DNA of 64,000 nucleotides, taken from contig JAZKFV010000022.1 in assembly GCA_040386195.1 (NCBI GenBank), forward strand, positions 2,974 through 66,973. Direction: 5' to 3'. The notes under the pieces were generated by a model, which saw only the letters and a program-made list of their open reading frames with translations, searched no databases and was not told where the DNA came from. The position numbers and the translations under genes are program-made. This stretch comes from Pseudomonadota bacterium (GTDB taxonomy: Bacteria; Pseudomonadota; Alphaproteobacteria; Rickettsiales; UBA1997). Shown in pieces: positions 48,493-57,540 of this stretch. Within the stretch, counting starts at the first letter, position 1; each line of letters begins with the position of its first letter.

Positions 48493-48799
48493 TGTAATCC
48501 TCCCAATATTCTTGTGCTTTTTTAATGTCTTTTGTTTGAGTTTTTTTGTCGCCACCACAAAATAAAATTATGATTTGGTGTTGTTCAAAGCCAAAATAAA
48601 TTCTATAGCCACTACCAAAATCAAACCTTAATTCAAAAATTCCTTCACCTAAACTTTTATGATCGCCAAAATTTCCGGTCTCAATTATTTGGTTCAGCCT
48701 TTTAACAATTCGCTTTCTAAAGCTATTATCTATGGTTTTTAGCCAATCAAGGAAAGGCTCTTTACCGGTTGCGGTTTTATAAAGTACAATATCAATCAT
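48476..48799 (-). CDS. higB: HigB/RelE-family toxin (addiction module killer protein)
   Basis: GNFGDHKSLGEGIFELRFDFGSGYRIYF...ILFCGGDKKTQTKDIKKA is characteristic of the killer-protein family. Confidence 0.85.
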   Translation of the reverse strand: MIDIVLYKTATGKEPFLDWLKTIDNSFRKRIVKRLNQIIETGNFGDHKSLGEGIFELRFDFGSGYRIYFGFEQHQIIILFCGGDKKTQTKDIKKAQEYWEDYNEKEY

Positions 48800-48886
48800 T
48801 GGTTTGGGTTTTTGGGTTGTGGTGTTTTTGTATCCCGCAAGATACGAAAGTGGTTTTTTAAGTCAAGGGGGAATTTGCGAAGCTAA

Positions 48887-51805
48887 CTATAAAACCTTCG
48901 CCAAATATTCCCCAGTTACTGATTTGGGATTTTTAGCAACTTGTTCTGGCGTTCCTTCGGCGACAATATATCCGCCTTTGTTGCCGCCATAAGGTCCGAT
49001 ATCGATAACCCAATCGGCGGTTTTTAGAACGTCAAGATTATGTTCGATAACCACAATGCTGTTGCCGTTATCAACTAATTGATGAAGAACTTTTAGAAGT
49101 TTGCCAATATCTTCGAAATGCAAGCCAGTTGTGGGTTCGTCGAGAATATAAAGTGTATTGCCGGTGGCTTTTTTGCTCAGCTCTTTGGCAAGTTTAATTC
49201 TTTGAGCTTCGCCTCCGGATAGAGTGGTGGCGCTTTGACCGATTTTCATATAGCCCAAACCAACATCGCACAGAGCTTTGAGTTTGTCATAAATATGGGG
49301 CATGGATTTGAAGAATTCGGCGGCTTCTTCGGAGTTCATTTCTAAAATATCCGAAATTGATTTGTCCTTATATTTAACTTCCAAAGTCTCACGGTTGTAG
49401 CGTTTGCCGGCGCAAGAATCGCATTTAACATAAACATCGGGCAAAAAGTGCATTTCAATTTTGATCAAACCATCGCCTTGGCAAGTCTCGCAGCGCCCGC
49501 CTTTAACGTTAAAAGAAAAGCGCCCAGCTTTATAACCTCTGGCTCGTGATTCAGGAAGTTCGGTATAAAAATCACGAATTGGCGAAAATGCGCCAGTATA
49601 GGTGCAAGGGTTGGAGCGTGGAGTTCTGCCGATTGGTGATTGATCAATGTCGATTAATTTATCAATTTGATGCGCGCCTTCAATGCCATCGTGCGGGCCG
49701 GGAATGTCTTTGGATTTGTTGATGATACGATTCAGCGCTTTGTAAAGAGTGTGAATAATCAAACTCGATTTGCCACCGCCAGAAATTCCGCAAATGCCGC
49801 AGAGAATGTTGAGTGGAACGGTCAAATTAACATTCTTCAAATTATTGGTTGTAGCGTTTTTGAGTTTGATAACTCTTTTTGGATCAATTTTCCGGCGCTC
49901 TTTAGGCATTGGAATAAATTTTTTGCCACTCAAATATTGCCCGGTAATACTTTTTGGATTTTTGATAACTTGTTCTGGCGTTCCTTGCGCCAAAACCGCG
50001 CCACCGTGAATTCCAGCACCAGGGCCAATATCGATTAAATAATCAGCTTCACGCATCATTTCCTCATCATGTTCAACCACTAAAACCGAATTGCCAATGT
50101 CGCGCAGCTCTTTTAAGGTGGCGATTAATTTTTGGTTATCAGATTGATGCAAGCCAATTGAAGGCTCGTCCAAAACATAAATAACTCCCGATAAACCAGA
50201 GCCAATTTGTGATGCTAAACGAATTCTTTGTGCTTCGCCGCCCGATAGAGTTCCCGCCTCGCGGTTGATGGTTAAATATTCCAAACCAACATTTTTCAAA
50301 AAGCCCAAACGCTTACAAATTTCTTTTAAAACCCGTTCAGCAATTTGATTGTGAGTGGAATTTAATTTTTTGTGCAAAGTAAAAAACCAATCATAAGCCT
50401 CAGAAATTGACATACGCGTTACTTCGCCAACATGCAAGCTGGCAATTTTAATTGCTAAAGATTGCTCGTTGAGCCTTGCGCCTTCGCATATGCTGCATTT
50501 TACCAAGCTTTGATATTTGACCATTTCATCACGAATATAATCAGAAGTTGCTTCGCGATAGCGGCGTTTTAAATTATTAACTACACCTTCAAAAACCTGT
50601 TTAGTCTTGAATCTTCTGAAGCCGTCTTCATAGCTAATTTCAATTTCTTCTTCCGAGCCGTGCAAAATTATGTGTTGAATTTTTTTGTCCAAATCTTGAT
50701 AAGGCGTGTCCAAATCAAATTTAAAATGTGCCGCCAAACTGCTTAAAACCTGACTATAATAACGGCTATGAACGCCGCCCCAAGCGGCAATTGCGCCTTG
50801 TTTTAAGGATAAATTTTCATCAGGAATAATTAATTCTTGGTTGAAAAATAATTCAGTGCCAAGACCGTCGCAAGATTTGCAAGCGCCAAATGGGCTGTTG
50901 AAGGAGAATAATCTTGGTTCAATTTCTGAGATAGAAAAACCCGAAACTGGGCAAGAGAATTTTTCTGAGAAGGTGATAATTTCACCAGTTTTGAATTTTG
51001 ATTTAACGCCTTCGGGAAGAGAAACAACTTCAACTAAAAGCAAGCCGTCAGCCAGCTTAAGCGCGGTTTCAACTGAATCAGCTAAACGATTTCCTAAGTT
51101 TTTACTAACGACAATTCGATCAACAACAATTTCAATATCGTGTTTTTTGTTTTTATCGATGGCAGGCAAAGTTTCAGAAAGTTCATGAACTTTGCCATCA
51201 ATTTTAATGCGCCCAAAGCCTTGTTTTCTAACATTGGCAATCTCTTTTTTATACTCACCTTTTTCACCACGCACAATTGGTGCGAGCAAATAAATTTTAG
51301 TTTTTTCTGGCATTTCCAAAATTTTCTCCACCATTTGCGAAGCTGATTGGCTTTCAATCGGCAGCCCAGTTGCTGGCGAATAAGGCACGCCAATGCGGGC
51401 GAATAAAAGCCGCAAATAATCGTAAATTTCAGTAACCGTTCCAACAGTTGAACGCGGATTTCGTGAAGTAGTTTTTTGGTCAATCGCAATTGAAGGCGAC
51501 AAGCCGGTAATGGTTTCCACATCAGGCTTATCTTGCATATCCAAAAATTGACGCGCATAAACCGACAAGCTTTCAATAAAGCGTCTTTGCCCTTCAGCAT
51601 AAATTGTATCAAACACCAACGAGCTTTTACCCGAGCCACTCAAACCCGTCACCACCACTAGCTGATTTTTTGGAATTTCAATACTAACATTCTTCAAATT
51701 ATGCTCTTTAGCGCCAATAACTTTGATGAATTTTTCTTCAAAAACTCGATTAATTTTTTGCGGAGTTGGTTTTTTTGGTGCGGTTTTTTTAACTGCTGAT
51801 TTCAT
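48887..51805 (-). CDS. uvrA: excinuclease ABC subunit A
   Basis: Two ABC modules ([26 protein letters not shown] twice) and zinc-finger Cys clusters. 972 aa. Confidence 0.98.
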   Translation of the reverse strand: MKSAVKKTAPKKPTPQKINRVFEEKFIKVIGAKEHNLKNVSIEIPKNQLVVVTGLSGSGKSSLVFDTIYAEGQRRFIESLSVYARQFLDMQDKPDVETITGLSPSIAIDQKTTSRNPRSTVGTVTEIYDYLRLLFARIGVPYSPATGLPIESQSASQMVEKILEMPEKTKIYLLAPIVRGEKGEYKKEIANVRKQGFGRIKIDGKVHELSETLPAIDKNKKHDIEIVVDRIVVSKNLGNRLADSVETALKLADGLLLVEVVSLPEGVKSKFKTGEIITFSEKFSCPVSGFSISEIEPRLFSFNSPFGACKSCDGLGTELFFNQELIIPDENLSLKQGAIAAWGGVHSRYYSQVLSSLAAHFKFDLDTPYQDLDKKIQHIILHGSEEEIEISYEDGFRRFKTKQVFEGVVNNLKRRYREATSDYIRDEMVKYQSLVKCSICEGARLNEQSLAIKIASLHVGEVTRMSISEAYDWFFTLHKKLNSTHNQIAERVLKEICKRLGFLKNVGLEYLTINREAGTLSGGEAQRIRLASQIGSGLSGVIYVLDEPSIGLHQSDNQKLIATLKELRDIGNSVLVVEHDEEMMREADYLIDIGPGAGIHGGAVLAQGTPEQVIKNPKSITGQYLSGKKFIPMPKERRKIDPKRVIKLKNATTNNLKNVNLTVPLNILCGICGISGGGKSSLIIHTLYKALNRIINKSKDIPGPHDGIEGAHQIDKLIDIDQSPIGRTPRSNPCTYTGAFSPIRDFYTELPESRARGYKAGRFSFNVKGGRCETCQGDGLIKIEMHFLPDVYVKCDSCAGKRYNRETLEVKYKDKSISDILEMNSEEAAEFFKSMPHIYDKLKALCDVGLGYMKIGQSATTLSGGEAQRIKLAKELSKKATGNTLYILDEPTTGLHFEDIGKLLKVLHQLVDNGNSIVVIEHNLDVLKTADWVIDIGPYGGNKGGYIVAEGTPEQVAKNPKSVTGEYLAKVL

Positions 51806-51898
51806 TTTGTTTGTGTATTTTCAAGGAGGATTTGGAAGGGTAAGATCATAGACAGACCTTGTTTAATTGCAAGTCTGGTGTTGCTGAGTTCTGAAGAG

Positions 51899-52453
51899 TT
51901 AATCTAAATTTTTAAGATATAAACCGGCAATCAAATTATTTTCTCCAATTTCACCAAGAAAACCAAAACCGAATTTCTGATGAAATAAAATTGATCTTTG
52001 ATTGTGAATTGGCTGATGAACAATGCGACACAACACATTTTTAAAACCTTTCAATTTTGCCTGAGTTAAAAATTCTGCGAGCAAAACCCCGCCAATGCCT
52101 TTAAATCCAGACTTGACCGCAATTTGACGATGATAAATAATTTGCTCAAAATCGGTAATTTTTTTCATTTGTAAACAAGACAAAACCCCATTTTGTAAAT
52201 TTTCGGGCAAATAAGTGAACCGCGATGCAATCAAATAACCAAGCACTTCACCATCTTTTTCTGCCACCAAAACCAAATGATTTTTTTCATCCAAAATCAA
52301 TTCCTCAATTTCCTTCTCACTAATATTACGCACCAAAAAGCCATTATTTTTCCGCTCAGAAAGAATCCGCGAATCATCAATATCAACCAAATTTTCCTGC
52401 AGAATTTTTCTGATTGAATTGATGTTTTTTAAAGTGGCAAAATGTGTTTTCAT
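51899..52453 (-). CDS. GNAT-family N-acetyltransferase
   Basis: Acetyl-CoA motif A region IAVKSGFKGIGGVLLAEFL. 184 aa. Lies 18 nt downstream of the aminomutase gene. Confidence 0.75.
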   Translation of the reverse strand: MKTHFATLKNINSIRKILQENLVDIDDSRILSERKNNGFLVRNISEKEIEELILDEKNHLVLVAEKDGEVLGYLIASRFTYLPENLQNGVLSCLQMKKITDFEQIIYHRQIAVKSGFKGIGGVLLAEFLTQAKLKGFKNVLCRIVHQPIHNQRSILFHQKFGFGFLGEIGENNLIAGLYLKNLD

Positions 52454-52471
52454 TTTTGTGTTGCGATTAAA

Positions 52472-54595
52472 TTAAGATCTTGAGCCATCTTTATTTTGTG
52501 TATCAAGACTAGTGAATTTATAACTTTGTCCGGCTTTAACCGGAATTTCACAAGTTGCTCGCAAATTTGGGCTTTTACTTGGTTTTATTCCCATTTTTCT
52601 TAACTCACTTTCTGCCATATCAATCAAATCTTTTTCATCCTCGGTTGCTTCGGGTAATTGTTCGGAAGATTCAACCTCACCAACACAAGTGCTGCAAGAT
52701 AATTGCTCATCACAAGCCGCTTCAATAAAACCTTTTTTTGATAAAATAGTTGCTAAAGTTGGTGATTTTTTGGAGTAAATTTCATCACTCAAATCAACCT
52801 CAATAATTTCTGAACCATTTCTGCTTACAACCTCAATTTCTAATTTGGTAGAGCAGGGTTTTTTTGGTGGTTTTGGCTTGAGTGGATCATCTGGAATTGT
52901 TGTTAGATTTTGCTGAACTTGTTCGGCTGCTAATTTTTTTAATTGTTTGACTAAGGATTGATCCTCGGCACCAATTTCTGCTAAAGTTTTTTTACCTTGT
53001 TCATCTACTGCCATCTCAATCACTTCATCAGTTAGCCAATAAAATTTTTGTCCTTCTGGGAGTTTGGAGGTGTCTACTATTATGAGAGTGTTATCTGGCT
53101 TTTTTGCTTGTATAAAACGACCTATTTTTAAAAACACCTTGCCATTACTAGCTTCAACAATTTCTATTTTTCCATACTCAGTTGACATCATTAAGCGACC
53201 GTGATCTTCCAATCCGGAAAGAGCGGATTTTGATTTTTCTATCAATTGAAACTGCCTTTCAATGGTATTAAATCCGCGGAAATGCTTATTTCCAACGATT
53301 TCTCGACAGGCGTAGATATTGTGCATTTGAATACCAAGATTGCTGCTGTAATACATTAACAACTGCATTACCTCAGGTGAGTCATTGATTCCGGCAATAA
53401 TGGGGAGCTGATTGTAATGCCAAACCCAATCTCTTCTTTTATTAATTTCTTTAAATACAGGCTTTAAATCTTCTCTGACTTTATATTTTAATTTTGTATC
53501 ATAAACATACTCTCCATTCTTATCAATTCTAGGCTCTAGTAACTCAAAGGGGTGTACATAATGTCCGATTATATCAACTTTAACATCAGGATAGTTTTTG
53601 TGAAATAAATCCATCATTTCCCAAAACTCTTCGTCGAATCTTTGTGGGTTGAATACTAAATCTTTAGTTCCAAATCTAATTTTTTCAATACCGGCTTCTG
53701 CCATTAGAACTAAATATCTTGCAATAGTAGCATTAGGTAAGGTCATAGGATCGCCGCCAGAAAATAACATTTCTCTAATATGAGCTAATGGCTCTCTGGT
53801 TTTTTTATCTATCCATAAACCTGACTCTTTATCCCACTCTCCAGAGTTTTTGACTTCTTCATCAATCAGGCTGTTAAAAGTTTTGATGTAAGCAGCGATG
53901 ACTGGCATATCAGCTTTTTCTTTTCCTGAGCTACCATTAAATAAATCGAGGCGATAGCAATATCTGCAATGAGATGAACAATTAATCGATACAAACGCTA
54001 AGAGCATTCCATATTTATGTATCAATCCAGGCAAGGGTGAATAACGATTTTGGTTGGAAGGATCCACTTCACCGCTTAAATCATCAATTTCTCTAGGACT
54101 TGGCATTACCACTTTTAAAATAGGGTTGGCTTTTTTAGCACCTTTAGGAATTTTTAAAGCGTGATTTAAGTAAGATTCAGAAACTTTGACTCTCATTCTC
54201 GATTGCACCTCTTCAGAGCCATCTAGAAGTTCTGATAGTTCTGCATCGTCATAATAAGATTGGTTGGACTGTTGTAATGCCTGAACAACTTCACTAACTC
54301 CGATTAAACCTTCACCAGCTTTTCCGCCCCGAGAATATCTTTTGTTGAGATTGTTATTTACGTAGCCTAAAAAACCTTGACCCTGCCTAGATATTTCAAA
54401 AATGTGTCTTGGCGTATCGGCTCTTAATTTTGCTCTTAGTTCTTCAATTCGAGATTTTTTTGCGGCATCGGCAATAATATCAATGTGAAGCGGACGACCA
54501 TCTACACGACTAGAGAATGTTCGAAAGGAAGATTGATATGTGGGTTGGATTGTTCTTGTGGCAGAGAAAGTGGCTTGTGTAAGAAAGCGTTTCAT
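52472..54595 (-). CDS. KamA-family radical SAM 2,3-aminomutase fused to a C-terminal adrenodoxin-type [2Fe-2S] ferredoxin
   Basis: DPSNQNRYSPLPGLIHKYG...SINCSSHCRYCYR (CxxxCxxC at C206/C210/C213, nt 53957-53980), FSGGDP. C-terminal ACDEQLSCSTC (C628/C634/C637) plus RATCEI (C682). Confidence 0.8.
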   Translation of the reverse strand: MKRFLTQATFSATRTIQPTYQSSFRTFSSRVDGRPLHIDIIADAAKKSRIEELRAKLRADTPRHIFEISRQGQGFLGYVNNNLNKRYSRGGKAGEGLIGVSEVVQALQQSNQSYYDDAELSELLDGSEEVQSRMRVKVSESYLNHALKIPKGAKKANPILKVVMPSPREIDDLSGEVDPSNQNRYSPLPGLIHKYGMLLAFVSINCSSHCRYCYRLDLFNGSSGKEKADMPVIAAYIKTFNSLIDEEVKNSGEWDKESGLWIDKKTREPLAHIREMLFSGGDPMTLPNATIARYLVLMAEAGIEKIRFGTKDLVFNPQRFDEEFWEMMDLFHKNYPDVKVDIIGHYVHPFELLEPRIDKNGEYVYDTKLKYKVREDLKPVFKEINKRRDWVWHYNQLPIIAGINDSPEVMQLLMYYSSNLGIQMHNIYACREIVGNKHFRGFNTIERQFQLIEKSKSALSGLEDHGRLMMSTEYGKIEIVEASNGKVFLKIGRFIQAKKPDNTLIIVDTSKLPEGQKFYWLTDEVIEMAVDEQGKKTLAEIGAEDQSLVKQLKKLAAEQVQQNLTTIPDDPLKPKPPKKPCSTKLEIEVVSRNGSEIIEVDLSDEIYSKKSPTLATILSKKGFIEAACDEQLSCSTCVGEVESSEQLPEATEDEKDLIDMAESELRKMGIKPSKSPNLRATCEIPVKAGQSYKFTSLDTQNKDGSRS

Positions 54596-54680
54596 CTGGA
54601 AATAGAAAATAAATAAAAGTTAGATTAGTTTTAAATATGATGAGTGATTCAATTCAAGACAACAATATCTATCAAGTCAA

Positions 54681-55637
54681 TCAATAATCAAACAAATAGT
54701 CCATATTATCTTGAGCGTGCAATAGTTTTTCTGTGGTTAATAATTTTATAAATTCTTCTGGCAACCCAAAAAATTTTTTGCCTTTTTTAAACCAAATTCC
54801 GTACTTAATTTCTGGAAAATAATCAATCAGCATCCTTGCTTGCAAATCTTTTTCATCTTCTCCTTCTAGGCAAATGCTGGAAACAATGGCAATTCCGATA
54901 TTGGCTTTAACGAACTTTTTTAAAATTTCATAATTTGCCATTTCAAACTCTATTTTAGTTTTGATTTTATTAACTTTAGCAATCTCATCAAAGTTTGGAA
55001 TGGTTGTGAAGCGGCGATCAAGGCGTATAAGTTTGTATTTTGCAATGTCAGACAAGATTAAATTTTTCTTTTTTGCTAAAGGATGATCTTTTCTAGTCAA
55101 TAAAATTGGCTGATAACAAACAATTGGTAAAAAATCTAACTCGTCAGGAACTTCATCATCGCCCGCTGAATATATTGCAAAATCAATCTCGTTATTTTTT
55201 AGTCTTTTAATTGCTTCGTCTTTGGGAATATTTCTAATTTCAAATTCAACTTCAGGATTTGTGGTTTCAAACTTATGAATATATTTGGGTAGAATGTAGC
55301 AAATGCTGACATTGTTGGCGGCAATGTTGATTGTTTTTAATTTTTCGTGACGCAAAAATTTCGCAAAATCACTAAACATCTCATTAACCTCCTGCACCGA
55401 AGCTGCTGCCCTTGCATAAAATATTTTTCCTTCTTTGGTTAGGCTGATTTTGCTATTTTCTCGTTTTAAAAGTTTAACTCCCAAATCGCGTTCCAGCGAT
55501 TGAATTTGTAGGCTCACTGCGCCTTGGCTTAGGTTCATTTGTTTGGCGGCTTTGGAAATGCTGCCGTTGGAAATTGCGGCGCAGAAGCCTTTTAATTGTT
55601 GAAAGCGGTTGTTTTTATAGTGGAATTGGCTGGTCAT
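54681..55637 (-). CDS. LysR-family transcriptional regulator
   Basis: N-terminal HTH FQQLKGFCAAISNGSISKAAKQMNLSQGAVSLQIQSLERDLGVKLL and a LysR substrate-binding C-terminus. Confidence 0.88.
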   Translation of the reverse strand: MTSQFHYKNNRFQQLKGFCAAISNGSISKAAKQMNLSQGAVSLQIQSLERDLGVKLLKRENSKISLTKEGKIFYARAAASVQEVNEMFSDFAKFLRHEKLKTINIAANNVSICYILPKYIHKFETTNPEVEFEIRNIPKDEAIKRLKNNEIDFAIYSAGDDEVPDELDFLPIVCYQPILLTRKDHPLAKKKNLILSDIAKYKLIRLDRRFTTIPNFDEIAKVNKIKTKIEFEMANYEILKKFVKANIGIAIVSSICLEGEDEKDLQARMLIDYFPEIKYGIWFKKGKKFFGLPEEFIKLLTTEKLLHAQDNMDYLFDY

Positions 55638-55741
55638 TGGTGTGGGTATTAGTTTTGTTGATGGGGGTGATAGGCGCTCTTACTATAACTTGGTTGCTTG
55701 GCGATAATTATTGAATATGTTTTTGAAAAGATAAAAGCAAT

Positions 55742-55762
55742 CTTTTGACAATTTTTCAAAAG
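55742..55762. promoter_or_regulatory. 7-bp perfect inverted repeat containing a T-N11-A motif (candidate LysR operator)
   Basis: cttttga (55742-55748) N7 tcaaaag (55756-55762). T55746-N11-A58. A TTGACA hexamer is embedded at 55745-55750. Lies in the lysR / small-ORF divergent spacer. Confidence 0.3.
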
Positions 55763-55795
55763 GAAATTGTGCTTTTCTGAAACAAAATAAAAATT

Positions 55796-56083
55796 ATGAA
55801 AATGAAAATAGCCAATGATGCAAAACAGAATCACCACTTATCAAACCCACACCACAGCCAAATCCAAAATCGCCACATAACAAACCCGGACTATCCAAGC
55901 CAATGCTATCAACAGACTGTGGCGGCGATTAGTAATTTTAATAATAGTTTAATTATTTTGGTGGAATCAGTTAAGCAGTTGAGTGAGGAAGAATCGGTTA
56001 ATTTATTTTCTAGTTTGGAGAGTTTAAAAAATAGCGTTAGTTTTGTTAATAAGTATTTTGCTGAGGTGGTGTTAAAAGATTAA
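55796..56083 (+). CDS. hypothetical small protein (95 aa)
   Basis: ORF only. His/Gln-rich N-terminus. Divergent from lysR. No family recognised. Confidence 0.35.
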   Translation: MKMKIANDAKQNHHLSNPHHSQIQNRHITNPDYPSQCYQQTVAAISNFNNSLIILVESVKQLSEEESVNLFSSLESLKNSVSFVNKYFAEVVLKD

Positions 56084-56120
56084 GCCTAAATGGAATCTAA
56101 TACCGAACTATAAGCATTAT

Positions 56121-57359
56121 CTAATCGTCGGGAATTAGTTTTTTAATTTCTTCGCGGACAATTTTTTCAACCATTATTGGTAGGTTGTCATTGATCCATT
56201 GATCTAATTTGGCAGCAAGCATTGCTGAGACCATATCTTCAATAGTTGTGCCAGATTTGAAAGTGGAAAGAGAATTTTGTGAGGATTGTGGTTTTTTTGG
56301 AATTGCTTGGATTAGTTCTTTGATTGAGTCGGTAGTTTTTTTAGCAACATCATCGGAAATTATGCTGGTTTTATCGTTATTAGTGATGTTGGCAATTGGT
56401 TGAGAAATTGGTTCGGGAATGGTTTGAACAATTGTTTGAGTTTGAGTGTTGGTTGGCAAATCCAAATCTTCTTCATCATCAATTTCATCGTCGCTGATTT
56501 GCTCTTCTGGCTCCTCTTCTTCAAGATTATTCTCTTCAAGATCGTCTTCCTCAAGATCGCCTTCTTCAAGATCGCCTTCTTCAAGACCATCTTTCTCCAA
56601 ATAATGATCTGAATTATCGTCATTATCCAAATCATTATTTTTGACTTCGTCCAATATATCATCCTCTAAATCGTCAATATCTTCCAAATCGTCAATATCA
56701 TCAATGTCTTGAGGATGTTCTTCCAAATTTGTTTCTTTTGGAGTTGTTGATTGGATTGGTTGCGGATTGTTGATGATTTTTTCTTGCTCTTCCAAATCAT
56801 CTTCTTCCATAAAATCATCTTGTGAATCTTCTGTTTCTTCTAGGGCTTTTAGATCTAAATCATCTTGTGGTTTAGGTGTTAAAGCATCTGAAATTGTTGG
56901 TTTATTTTGAGTATTTTGATTTTCAACTAAAGGTTGTTCGGATTCTTCTTCCAGATCGTTTAAATCAAGGTCATCATCTGTAGATTCTGCTTCCAAATCA
57001 AGTTCATCTTTTTTGATTGTTGTTGCAGCATTGATATTTTTATCTTCAACAATTGGGCTATTAACATTGGGCATTGTTGGTGTTTTGTCGATTAATTTAT
57101 TGTCTTCCTCATCATTGCTTAAAAAATCAAAATCATCATCCGCTGTTTTTGTGGAAAGTTCTTTTGGATTGTTGGGGGCAGAGTTTTTAGTTTGAGAGTT
57201 TTGTTTAGAATCAACTATGGTTTTTGAAGAGTCATCAAGATATTCAAAATCATCATTATCTTCTTTGGCGCCTTCATCAGCTGGGCTATTTTTTTGAATT
57301 TTCTGCATTTTATTGCGAATACTCTCCAATATTGAAGTTGTGCCCTTTTTTTCCTTCAT
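56121..57359 (-). CDS. popZ: PopZ-like pole-organizing protein (DUF2497) with very long acidic repeat linker
   Basis: N-terminal SILESIRNKM helix. Central Asp/Glu-rich low-complexity region. C-terminal TIEDMVSAMLAAKLDQWINDNLPIMVEKIVREEIKKL matches the PopZ/DUF2497 oligomerisation domain. Confidence 0.8.
   Translation of the reverse strand: MKEKKGTTSILESIRNKMQKIQKNSPADEGAKEDNDDFEYLDDSSKTIVDSKQNSQTKNSAPNNPKELSTKTADDDFDFLSNDEEDNKLIDKTPTMPNVNSPIVEDKNINAATTIKKDELDLEAESTDDDLDLNDLEEESEQPLVENQNTQNKPTISDALTPKPQDDLDLKALEETEDSQDDFMEEDDLEEQEKIINNPQPIQSTTPKETNLEEHPQDIDDIDDLEDIDDLEDDILDEVKNNDLDNDDNSDHYLEKDGLEEGDLEEGDLEEDDLEENNLEEEEPEEQISDDEIDDEEDLDLPTNTQTQTIVQTIPEPISQPIANITNNDKTSIISDDVAKKTTDSIKELIQAIPKKPQSSQNSLSTFKSGTTIEDMVSAMLAAKLDQWINDNLPIMVEKIVREEIKKLIPDD
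56519..56593. repeat. in-frame 15-nt tandem repeat (about 5 units) within popZ
   Basis: Units cttcaagatcgtctt / cctcaagatcgcctt / cttcaagatcgcctt / cttcaagaccatctt encode (E/D)-rich pentapeptides (LEEGDLEEGDLEEDD). A second 18-nt duplication aaatcgtcaatat lies at about 56666-56708. Confidence 0.8.
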
Positions 57360-57540
57360 TTTTTAATGATGATTTAATTGAATTGAATATGATTTTTAAA
57401 ATCTTCGCATTCAAAAATTAACAATCAATCAACTTATCAAAAACTTGCCGAAAATGGTTGGCAAAATAATTATTTTTTGGTTGATTTTAAATATGGATTA
57501 ATAATTCTGATGCGCATTTTTTAAATTAACTCAAAAAATT

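Noticed and set aside
48493-48558. Longer higA start (track 48163..48558).
   Set aside because: The extension lies wholly inside higB in another frame. The HigA family sequence begins at MKKNIKHRNF, and the 17-nt toxin/antitoxin overlap is the typical arrangement.
51094-51639. 181-aa same-strand alternative-frame ORF inside uvrA.
   Set aside because: It is fully embedded in the conserved uvrA frame. It has a Lys/Leu/Cys-rich, low-information composition. There is no evidence for overlapping coding.
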